Source: Chiloscyllium plagiosum
Lineage: Eukaryota
DNA length: 64,000 nt
Assembly: GCF_004010195.1 (NCBI RefSeq)
Contig: NC_057742.1
Location: 3,235,084 to 3,299,083 of the forward strand
Reading direction: 5' to 3'
Part shown: piece after piece, positions 49,901 through 61,400 of the stretch
How positions within the stretch are numbered: the first letter of the stretch is position 1
Layout of the letters: each line of letters begins with the position of its first letter
Notes under the pieces: generated by a model
Seen by the model: the letters and a program-made list of their open reading frames with translations, nothing else
Databases searched by the model: none
What the model was told of the DNA's origin: nothing
Position numbers and translations under genes: made by a program

Positions 49901-50817
49901 TCAGTTATCACTATTTACACATATTTTGGTCTGGATGAGAGTCAATACATAGAGAACAATGCAAGGACACAGACTGCTAACGAAAATACATCCTCCTGTG
50001 GGCCCGAACGAAGCAGCTGCTAAACTTCAAAGTTTGGAATGTCATAAAGAATTATCAGGAAATTAAAACAGTTCACCTCTCTCTAACTTTCCACTTCTTT
50101 CAGCTAATGTACAATCTGCTAATACTGAGGCCAGAAGCAAGTATTATATCGTGGCTGTACAAGTCACATGCAACATATTTTCATAATCACTTTAAATAAC
50201 TTTGTTGACATAATTTATTCCTACATATGATTTTTTTACACGTTTGTCTTTAAAGTTCAACTACATACATTTTATTGGCACCGAAAGCAATATATTTGGG
50301 TTCAAAACGTCTGAGGAAAACGTTTGAGTACATGTCGGTGTAATATTCCAAAGCAAATACCCCAAATGTTTCTTTTTGTAAACCCCAACGGAAAATGACT
50401 CCAAGCTTAAAAACCACAAGGGCCATCTTGTTGAAATGCTTCAACATTCTTGTTGTGGGTTTGTTTTTGTGTGAATAAAAGACAGTTTGTCATCCCAGGT
50501 TGGCGAAACGGAGCCTCATTTATTAAAGTGTTCGTTTGCTGTCGAGGTAATCGTAGGCATAGAGTTCATCCTTTGTACCACCAAGTAAACATGACAAATG
50601 GGGAGACTTTGGCGTGATTAAAGATGAAACGAGGATTCATCTTTGCCAATCTCTTCTGAAAACTGCAATCTACAATATTACTAATGGGGGAGGGGAAAGA
50701 GGAGTGGGCAAAATCGGAGTATTTACAGTTTAGACTTGGTCATTATAAATAAACAGTCTTTCAGTTAAAATTATATGCTTATGCGCGCGTCTACCAATTT
50801 CTCTCCCATAAGAGCAG

Positions 50818-51137
50818 CTATAATGTGGCTGATGGTCCACTTGGATCCTGGTTTTGAGAGCTTCCTTGCGATTGATGACTTGCAGAGGACGAAGAACCAG
50901 TAGTAGACCTGATTTTGGTATTTGGCAACTTGTGGTCCTTTTTCCATTTCATTCGCCTGTTCTGGAACCATATTTTAATTTGCCGTTCTGACAGGCAAAG
51001 AGAATGGGCTATTTCCACCCTTCGTCTCCGGGTTAGGTACCGATTAAAATGGAACTCCTTCTCCAGCTCTAGAACTTGCTGCCTCGTGTAAGCAGTGCGG
51101 GAGCGTTTGGGTTCCCCTCCTTTGTAATTAGGGTTCA
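50818..51137 (-). CDS. hoxb4: Homeobox protein Hox-B4, exon 2 (homeodomain)
   Basis: [75 protein letters not shown]. Acceptor TTTTTGTTCAG at 51138-51139. Confidence 0.96.
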
Positions 51138-51299
51138 CTGAACAAAAAGCAACAACACAGAAATAACTGACTGAACACCACGAATCTCACAAGGAATAGA
51201 ACTAGTGTACTTAAAGTAAGCATTAGAGTCAGAAAAATGTAAACGTTCACTTCTAACATTAACTGCTGTTCAAAGAAATCTGAGCGGCTAGGACACTAC

Positions 51300-51390
51300 A
51301 CATCAAAGGCACATGGCCAGAAGTGTAATTGTACTGCAATAAAAATTTATGGAGGATGTGATTACTGACCTCCAGATAGGCGATCGTAAA
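51300..51390. promoter_or_regulatory. Conserved Hox4 intronic enhancer (HB-1 / region C-like)
   Basis: Clustered ACATCAAAG (TCF/LEF), GCCATGT (YY1-like, minus strand), TAATT, CAATAAAA/TTTATGG (Cdx/Hox) and TCGTAAA within the 331-bp intron. Confidence 0.7.
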
Positions 51391-51468
51391 TCTAAAGAAT
51401 GGCTATTTACAGTGGGTGCAATAGATCCCGGACTTTCAGGTGGTAAAAAGCCCAGGCAAACGACTCAC

Positions 51469-51874
51469 CGGTGTTTATATGCAATTTCTTCATCCACGGA
51501 TAAACCACGGGCTCTTTGGAACAAGGAGTGTTTTGGTTGCTGAAGTTCTGGCTGCAAGAGGGCGGTGGGCTTGGAGTCACCGAGACACACTGGTGGCCAT
51601 GCTTGGCTAAGTGGTTCTGCAGGCCGGTCTGCGATTGTACGTGACCCCTGGGCGCCACGACTTGCTCGCCCGAGCCCTGGAGGTTGCTGCAAGAGGAGTA
51701 GGGCTGCTCGCTGTACGCTGACCGCGGGTACATCGCCTCATGCTGGAACCCGGGCTCCCGTGCCCGGGTAAAGTATTCCGGAGAATGGCTTGGTAAGTAA
51801 TTGTTCTGTGAATACTCTTCACACGGTGGAAATTTAGGGTCCACATAGTTAGAATTAATCAAAAACGAACTCAT
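51469..51874 (-). CDS. hoxb4: Homeobox protein Hox-B4, exon 1 (spliced product 241 aa)
   Basis: MSSFLINSNYVDPKFPPCEEYSQ N-terminus and KEPVVYPWMKK hexapeptide. Donor CCG|GTGAGT. 406 + 320 nt joins in frame. Confidence 0.96.
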
Positions 51875-51945
51875 GACCTTTAATATCTGAAATGCAAAAT
51901 AACTCAAAATTTTTTCTAACCCAGCCGTTTTTCCTGTTACCTAAA

Positions 51946-52005
51946 CCCTCCTACTTTACTGTCAAGTGAACAAAGTTAGGCGTTCATGTGACACTGACAA
52001 CCAAT
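51946..52005 (-). promoter_or_regulatory. hoxb4 promoter / 5' leader: NF-Y CCAAT, USF E-box and conserved PG4 leader block
   Basis: CCAAT at 52001-52005 and TCATGTGA at 51984-51991, followed on the minus strand by TAACTTTGTTCACTTGACAGTAAAGTAGGAGGG, a block conserved in Hox4 genes. Confidence 0.75.
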
Positions 52006-53284
52006 GGTAGGTTCCGTTCGATTCCCGGATAAGGAAATAGAATTGGACGCTGAATGCTCCCAAGCTTTTCCTCCAAACAGTTTTTGATTGCAGAATTTAG
52101 TGAGCTGCTTTTTTTCATTCTTAAAACTTGGTATTTTTTAAATAGGCTATTTTTGATTTAAGTCCGTTAAACAAGATAAAATTCGTCTACAAGTTTTTTC
52201 CTCTTATACACATCAATGATGTCTTGCTAGTCGATATCACCTCAAAAATGAGTGAGCCTTTATTTTAAAAAGGCATAAAATAAGATCTGATATATTGGAA
52301 TCTGTCCGTGGCTTGTAAATCTTTTTGTAATCGTGATGCTAACGCCTTTGCAAAGCTTGGGGAAGGGGGAAGGCGTTATGGCTGGCAAAGATAAATCGGG
52401 CTGCTTTGGATCAATAGAAAATTCATCAACTAATTCAGGACACCTAAGTCAACAAATTACATTTAGCAATGCAGTAGACGGGCGATATTCACCCAGAATA
52501 TCTCTTCGTGAAACGATTCCACTTCAAACATATCCAGAATACCACAATTACAACATAAAAACGCTTCACAGGTAGCAACCACACACAGGTCTAAACGAAG
52601 TTGCCCATGTTCGATTAAAAGCATGTTCGCAAACTGTGGGAGGAATGTAAATGCACGTTTGCCTCATGCTATATTGAATGGCATTCGTTGACTTTAATTA
52701 GAAAGTCGCCTTATGCAAAAGAGCTGCACCATCCTTGTAATTTGGAAATCGTATGTTTATCAATTCCTGAGAAAGTGATAAAAATAATTACAACATTTTA
52801 TTTAAAATGATACATATAAGATTAAAGGAAAATGCCACAAACAACTGGATTTAAATAATTGGAGGTACTCATAATCTTATAATGTTTGATATACTGTAGT
52901 GTCATGGACAGCAAACGACATGCGCAGGGGGGTTCAGGTTGATTAATTTCTAAGTTATATCAAGTCTTCAAAAACTGACCATTTTAACGGAGGAATGCGC
53001 GGGATTATCGAAAAAGGTAACAGTTACATTTCATATCTAAATGACGTAACAAATACAGCACCAGAGAGTGCTGAGAGTTCTTACAACGAGACTGAAAAGG
53101 GAGGGGTGGGGGGGGGGGGGTGCAGAGGGGGAGGACAGCTCGCCATTCCAGACAGCAGTCTGACCCGCAGAATCAGGTAGATGAACACTACGCTTCGATT
53201 TTATTTATTCAGATATGTTATCGATTTGTACGAAGAAAATTCTAGGCGTGAATACATTCTTCTGTCTTCCGAGTGAATGTTGTA

Positions 53285-53380
53285 GCGTTTGTGTCGACTA
53301 CATACTCCCCTAGATACGAATTTGTGACCACAACTTTGTCAACACAAATTCGGATCTACAGGGTATATATAGAGGACAGA
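53285..53380 (-). ncRNA. mir10a: microRNA mir-10a precursor
   Basis: Mature 5p UACCCUGUAGAUCCGAAUUUGUG at 53365-53343 and 3p arm CAAAUUCGUAUCUAGGGGAGUA at 53324-53303 form a hairpin, in the canonical position upstream of hoxb4. Confidence 0.97.
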
Positions 53381-55447
53381 CATAGATTTCAGCATTTTTG
53401 TAGCTCAGAGACGTTCAAAAACATCCATGTACCATTGAACCAACTGTGTTTTAAATGTAGCTACACAACTTTAGTGAGAAACCCTTTCTCCGACTTCTTT
53501 CAGTCATTTGTAGTGCAGCTGTGCATTTTTTTAGATATTGGAATATGAAGTCTGCAGTTTCGAAAATGCAACGAAAGCAATGTCAGTAAATTCGAATCAA
53601 AGTATTCAGGATTACACTAAATCAATTTTCAGGGCCAACTTTGAATCACTGCCCAAATAAATACCCTTACGTTTATATAATTCAGCTAGTTTAGAGGGCA
53701 CTTCACATATGATGCTTTCCCAAAAGTTTGTTATCAGCTGCGCAGAGCAAAGATTTTTTCTTAATATTTAATTTATTCAAGAGCAGTGGGCAAGCCTCCA
53801 CGCAGCGGTTGCATGAATCTTGTAGTAGCCATTGCGAAAATCACGCATCCTCCATTCTGAATAATTCTCCTAAAATGAAAAAACGTTACTGTGATGTATT
53901 TGGCTGATTTGATTTGAAGTGACATGTGGTTGGAGTGGGAACTGAACGACCAACTAAAATGACCTCTGTAATTTCTTATTTAACAACACTTATTTTCTTA
54001 AATAGAGTAACTGCCATAAATTGTCCATAAAATTATATATTAAAAGCTTTGCCAATCTAAATACATTTACGACGATGAATTAGAAATATCAAAAGGTTTC
54101 AGCATACAATTATTTAATGAATGAGGACAATGTATTGTTTCGGGCATGTAAACTGTTCCAAAGAACCTTATTTCCGGTAGTAAGAAAGCATAAAAATGAT
54201 GCATTGGCTGCACTCAGCAGAGCATCCGTATGTGAATTGAGTTTATGGCTTTTTATTAGCAAAAACTTTTTTACAGTTCTAACTTTACGGTTAGGTTGAT
54301 CACTATCTTTCTAACCTCCCAAACAGAAGCAGAATTTTGTATAATGTTACTCTTATCTAATATCCTTTGCCTTTGCAGTTGTATCTTTTTAACAAGCTTC
54401 ACTGTTACTACAGTTAAAAAGGAAACGTGGAGCCTGTTCAAAGGCGTCTTTTCATAAAAGATAATCCTTGTGCCTTGTTTAACTCGCTGTAATAAAAATG
54501 TCGACATTTCGGAAGTTTGGAAGATGAATATATTTACTGTCCCCTATCTGCTCTGCATTTCAAAAGAATCTCGCTATAGATTGCTATCCTAACAGAGGAT
54601 GCAAGCATCAGCGGGATGGGGGGAGGCCTTTTGCCCCTCCTGTTTGGAGCTTGCCATAGGATAAGTGAAAGCAGGCCTCAATCATACTGTAGAATAGGAT
54701 TCAACACAGCCAATAATATGGACATAAACAAGTGAATATGCAATCACTATCACCACCAGAAGCGTTTAAAACCCAACTATTAACGTTAGTGCCGTCATTG
54801 TTTGTACCTTTAGAAACACAGTGATAGTTAAAGGACTGCAATTATTTTGCATTATTAGTATTTAAATCACATATTCCGATATTTTTTGCAAAGTTAATAT
54901 GTAATATTCTCTATTAAGTAACTTCATACATACACTTCTCTCGACATCGTGCTCCCACCCGTTCATCTACATACACATGTTGAGGTTAGTTCAAGGCTAA
55001 ACATGTCACCAACTTACTCCTACGTCCTAGCATAGTTTTTCCGATTACGTTAAATCAAATACACATGCACAGACGCGCACACAAAACCCTTTGTGTTGTC
55101 TTCCTCTACATTCTCAAATTATACATTACAGGACGCGTCGGTTTGGGCTTTGCAAAAAAATAAAATCGCACCGAGTGGTCGAAGTACCAACTTCAACATA
55201 AACATATTCGTTCTCCTTTGTCTGTTCTTGAACTGATAACATCTAGTTAGAGTAAGGCTTTCCAGCAGCCCTCTTTTTTTCCTCATTCGAAATGCCTAGC
55301 AGCTTTTTAAGAAGTGGCCAAGCACCGGCCTGGTGAACATTTTGTTTTCTCCTTCAGTTTTCGTATTAATCTCATACACTGACAGTCTTTGTTAAACACC
55401 AAGGCGTGCCGTGCGTCCGAGTACATTTTAATATTTGTTAGACGCTT

Positions 55448-55464
55448 TGACCTGAGTTTCACCC
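55448..55464 (-). promoter_or_regulatory. DR5 RARE upstream of hoxb4 (B4U-type)
   Basis: Minus strand GGGTGA-AACTC-AGGTCA, 3.6 kb 5' of the hoxb4 ATG. It has the same half-sites as the mouse B4U RARE as recalled. Confidence 0.8.
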
Positions 55465-58400
55465 CGCTCTTGGACTCTCCCCCTCTACAAGTTCTATAGT
55501 ATGGATAGGTCTCTCAGTCATATTGAATTTTGCTCAGGTCATTACGTTTGAGAAACATAGCGAGGCAGGAGTTTACCCAAAACAGCATTAAGGCTCTGGA
55601 AATTCTCTCAAGCATTGCATGTCTTGTGATTCCATTAGCATCAAATATTTATTATAGAAATCACAGTTCTAGTCTTCCATTGGCCGATACGCACCCAGAT
55701 CCAATTTGAATAACAAAAGTAATTAATTGATCTATTTTCTTGTGCACGCTTAGTTGCATTAATATAAAATGTTATCTTTTTCAGTTGCATATTTCACCTG
55801 TTATTACATTGGCTTAGTTAGAGAATAACATCAAGAGATAAAGCAAGTCCCAGCACATTTTATATATGTGTGCATGTGTGTGTAACAGCAAATTAATTTA
55901 ATCTGTTGAAAACGATTGTTTTAACACGTCAGAGGATTTTCTAATTAAAACTAAAGAGAATACCCTCACTCCACATAGCCCTCTCCAGGCAAATGTCAGC
56001 AAAATTCTCGAAAAACTTATATTCAAACTTGCTGAAACTATATTTCATTTCTCCTCCATTTTCTCCCCATGCATTCTCTACCGTTTTGCAGATTGGTGAA
56101 ACGTATCAGTGCACTATTAAATATTCACTGTAAGACTCCTGTGAAATTTTATTTGGCAACCCTCGTACGATATTGAGACATAAATATAAAAATGGTACAA
56201 ACATTTTCCAATTCCAACGTACTGTTTCACATATAAAGCAGAAATTTTAATTTCATGCGAAGGTCTGATGAATGTTGTTTTCGAGTGAATGTTTCAATCA
56301 AGTTGAAGGAAACTGCAAAGCCTACTTTCGGGACGTTGCATTGTTTAAGTGATAGGTTTTGCACACTATAACACAGTCCTTGTCGCCATTAAATGATATA
56401 AACATCATAAAAATCGTGTTGACGATTTCTTCCACCACGCCTCCACCCCATTCCAGCCCACCCGTTATAGAAGCTGCTCTGATTAGAAATAATGGTTTTA
56501 AGGAACAAAATGAATTCGTTTTATGTAAAATACCTAAAATGTACGAACAATCAATTTCTTGGGGAAAAATAACAAAAGAAGGTGCATGTAATTCACCAGT
56601 TGCGAAGATTTGCTTGGTTTGTTGCCGAATTTAAACCGAGGCAAAGCATTTAATATGCAAAAAAGGAACTTTGATTTCACTTTACATCAGCGTGTAAAGT
56701 AAATATTTAATTCCTACACTGTAATATTGACCATTCTTCAAAAGTGCTTCACTGGATGTAAAAAAGAGTTGGGAAGACCCGAGGACATTGGAAACGCTGT
56801 AATGATGCAAAGTATTTTTATATTTATAAGTATTAAGCAAGTTACGTGAGACATTAACATAATCTAACCATGACGAAAAAGTTTATTGAATTCGATTAGT
56901 GAAAATGTCAGCTATGACAATTGAAAAGAATAACTGTACATCTCTGCCTTTGTTCAAATAAGAAAAAATATGCCATGTGCACATTGATTTCATGCTTAAG
57001 TTATTATATTATACTATACAAAGGCATTTGTTTTGATGCTAATGCCAAAGGAGGCAAAAATTAGTGGTCTGAAGAGTAGTCAGCCGCAAAGCTTCCTTGC
57101 TGCCTATAAATGCGTTTTTCGCAATACTTTTAATGTTGTGCTACACAAATTGTTCATGCAAACATTCAAAATTTAAGAACTCGTACATTTACTTTAAACA
57201 GATTTAATGCAGAGTACCAATAGTATAAACAGATTTAAAATGGGTTCGGTGCGCAGAACGACTCTGAACGCACTACATCGTAGACAGATGTAAATGTCTT
57301 ACTTTATTTAAGTGGTCAGACTAGGGACCATAGTTTGCAGATTTTTGCGGCAACTTTAAAAAAATGTGCTTTAGCTTGAGCAAGCATTAATAGTAATTAC
57401 ATGAGACTGACATCCAGATAATTTGAAATAGATTTTAGATCTTTGGCAAAATGTTAGATTTTTCTTCTCGCTTTTGAAAAATGTAATAAAACCATCTTCC
57501 TAAATGGGCGCTGAGAGACAAACATATGTTCTGAGAATCTATAAACCGATTGCTGGAGGAGCCCCCTCAAATTAATGCATAGAAAATTTGAAGAAGTTGA
57601 TCTATTCCTTTTTGTGATATTGAAAATAAATTTGGAGTCTCACGTTCCCGTATCTCGCGATGTGTTTGCTTAACCTGATACTTTAAAGCACAGTAATTCG
57701 TCAATTAATTTCAAAACACTCTCTATTGTTGAGTTCCTTCCTCAGCTTTCTCCATTTACACCTATTCACGTCACGACGATGTTTAAAAATCTGATAAATG
57801 TATATGTGAACTCTTATTTTATGTGCCATTGTCATATTGTACTCAACTTATCTCATGGCCTCTTGTCCAGATATAATAACAGACATTTATTATTCATCCT
57901 TTTTCGCTATACCACCTAGTTTAAATAAACCGTTCCTACTTCCATACTACTTGACTCTTTAATATTTTTAAAAGCTGATTGTATCTGGCGGGAAATATTT
58001 ATCCCATCTATTTGTGTTTTCAAAGTCTCTTTTAACCGACACCACAGTTACTTCCGTCGGCGATTTACTGATTTCTATTTATTGTGCAGTGTGTCCTATA
58101 AAAGGGATCAATTAATCCTCCCTGTTTTTGTGCAGATCCTGATCAGGATAGTTAGCCATTCCTCCCCCACCCCCAATCCCACATTTCTCCATGTCTGTCT
58201 CCCTCTGTCTCTCCTGTTTTATTTTGCGTACTTTGTAGATTGCTGACAATCTCGAAAGCCTACTTCCACTTCCACATCTTACCTCGGTATCATTTTCTCA
58301 TCTGTGCCGATAGCCAAGATCATCCCTTTTACCATTGACATCGAACTGAGTCTATCTAAGCAGACAACACCAAGTCACGCACGACGTAAACTTTTGACCC

Positions 58401-61400
58401 TCCACTTTTTGACCTCTTAGCTATAATGCTGTACTAACAAGCCCCCATGAACAGTTTCAACATCGCATCCTCAGACAGTATTGCTGTACAGTTTTGCTTT
58501 TTCCCCCACGAGGCTCGATTTTATTTCAAGCTTCGTCCTGCTTCAATTAAGACATATAATCTAGAAATGGAAAGATTTCATTGAGACACCGGAATTCCTT
58601 GAAAGTTGGTTTGAAATCTTCAAGAACAATTTGTTTTAAACCGGCACTGTTTTGAATGAATTTATATCATTATTCGTCAGGAAAAATGTCCAAACTGAAA
58701 GGGTGAGTTTTGAAGAGACAAATGACTACAGCACTTAGAAACTGCTGATAGTGCATAAGTAGATCATTTTGGGGAGATATCAAACAGACTCCTCCGACTC
58801 TGTCCTGCCAGATTAACTGAAATGGAAAGCATTGTAAGGATGTGGCAGAAAGGAGACGCATAATGACTATGAACTTGGTCTGAAGCGGGCTCTGGTGGCG
58901 GATCTGACACGTTACACGTGCAAAATAACTCCCCAAATTATGTTCGTATTTATTTGAAATTTTGCTTTAAGTTCGGTTTTATTACGAAAAATATCTTAAG
59001 ATGTTCATAGCAAAAGTTTAATTTCCAAAGCCATTGTCAGTTTGTCAGTTCTGTGCGTTCCGGGTGACGTTAGACTGTTAGTAATCGAGTCTTATTTAAT
59101 GAGAGCGGAGTAAATTTAAACAGGAAAGCAGGTCATCAGAAGAATCCCTTAAGGAATGAGGCATTAACAAGGGTTTTATATTATCTTTGTCATAAGATTA
59201 TGTAATTATTTCGGAACCTTAAACAAATTTAATTCAATTAAATTATAATATTGCATTGTAAATGCTAAAAAAAACGAACACTGCATAAATCAGTTTGGGA
59301 GATTAGTGTTACTCTTTTAAAATGCACGAATTGGGTTTTCTGTTGTGAAAATGACTGGTTCAATTGCACAGCAATATCAGTTATCAACCCGTTTTTGTTT
59401 AAGTCAATGGTGGTTAACAGATGTGCAAGTCCTGTGCACCATCAAAAAAAGTTAAGCCTTTTTTGAAGTATAAAAAATGTTGCCTGATACCAATTATATT
59501 ATGGTTTATAGTTTTTCTTTCATTTTATAATATATTAAGTGGAGGAGATGCATCGAAAATAATAGTGCAGTGTAATTTAAAATCTCACCTTATGCCCGTG
59601 TTGCATTTAATTAGACTATGATATGTGTAGTGGCCTTACTTAGGTCGCATGTTCTGGAACAGGGTGCCGGTTTATGGCCTAAAGTGATCCCAGTTACTGA
59701 CGGTTGAAACCACGGGGAAGAGTTAATGATAACGTATGAGATATAAATGCTTTTATCCATGTGGCTGCAACTAGGTGTTTAATATGGCGATATAATCATC
59801 TGACATATTTATGACTCCGTCGCGCGTTGTGTGACCGCCTTTTGTTCCCGTTTCCCCTAAATTACAACCTGAACCTAGTACTACTATCCATCCAGAGCCT
59901 ATAAGCGCAGCAGATGTATACCACTTAAAAACCTTAACAAAGAAAATGCATCACCTTAGACCATGCCGTTAACCTGATAGGAATGGTTATCGATCCCGAA
60001 CGTTTCCATGGAATAGATAATTCGCTCGTGATAGTATCAGGAGCAAATACATCTGTGTTAGAAGGGGCAAGGAACGACACCACTTTCTCTGAAACCAAAT
60101 TAGTAATGTTACAGTTGGCTATTGATTCATACCATAAACATTTATGCCTGAGTCGATTTACAGACAGCAAAGGCGGGCCGTTAGGTAGCCTTAAATAGAT
60201 TGGGAATGAGCGGAATGGTTAGTTGTTTTTACAGTTAGTTGTGAAATATTTACAATGAATTTTCTCCCTAGGAGAGTTAGGTCCAATTGGAATTCAATCA
60301 GTACTTTTCTACATTAGGGAGCGTTCTAATCAAATGTATATATGGCGCGATTCAATATCCACTTCCTTACATTTAGCTCTGTCATTCTTAGTCAGCTTTG
60401 GTATATTTTACTTTTGTCCTAGTATCTACCAGCAGCCCGTAGATTGTAGCCACTTTCTGCATTTATTTATACTCTAATAGTTTATTTCTTGCTCTAATCA
60501 AAAACTATCAAGCTAACGTATTTCCTGACCATCCTGCCTTTACATCAGACTGAAGAACCTATGTGAAGGGCCAAGTGTAGAAACCAACAAGGCTGAAAGA
60601 ATAGAAGTTGGTTTTAGCTTTGAAGCCAATTGACAGATTATTTTGTTCTTGAAAACAAACGATGAAAAAATTGCAAATCAGTATTTTTCTGGGAATGATG
60701 GCCTCATTCTAAACTCAAAACATTGATCCATTTTCTTTTAATGCTCTCTCGTGTATTTAGGAATTGAAGACAAAAGAATAGCATTAATTGTTACCATCTT
60801 CCATTTTACTACAGAACACTGAAGAAAATTCATTCAATTACACCGAAAACTCTGAATAAAATGAGAAACGAAACGCAAGACCACAATGTACTTCCTCCAT
60901 CAGGGATGTGTTTTCCTGTTTACACACTGGATTTCCTCAGATATCAGCGCGGAAAGGCAATTAAAAAAAGATGACAGAAACATTTCGGCATTCTGCGAGA
61001 AAAAAAACTTTGACTCCTAACAATGATTTTAAAAGGTCCCTCCCCAGCCCCTCACACTGCACACCGGAAGCGGCCAGAATTAAAAACTTGACGGATTCGA
61101 GGACTGTGTCACAACAAATGATTATCAACGGGTGAGAAACTTGACATTTACTGATGAGAAATGTCAAAGTATAATTTTCGTCTTATATATCTACATTTCT
61201 CCTTAGACTGGTTTGTGACTGCTCAAGTAATCGTTACAATGGGTATCAAAATATGTAGACAATCGTCATATTAGCATGACAGGAAGTCCATTACAGTAAG
61301 GGAGATTTGTTTCCAACGTTACTTGATAAAAGCATATGGCAACAATATTCAAGTACTGTAACAAACAGTAAGTGCAGTATATAAATAAAATGCTCACTAA

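Noticed and set aside
45768-58068. Exact 13-mer GTCGGCGATTTAC at 45768-45780 and 58056-58068
   Set aside because: Several 13-bp exact repeats are expected by chance in 64 kb, and the flanks do not align.
59675-59690. GGATCA-N4-AGGCCA (minus strand) as a possible DE-RARE
   Set aside because: The spacer is 4, not 5, and both half-sites are imperfect.
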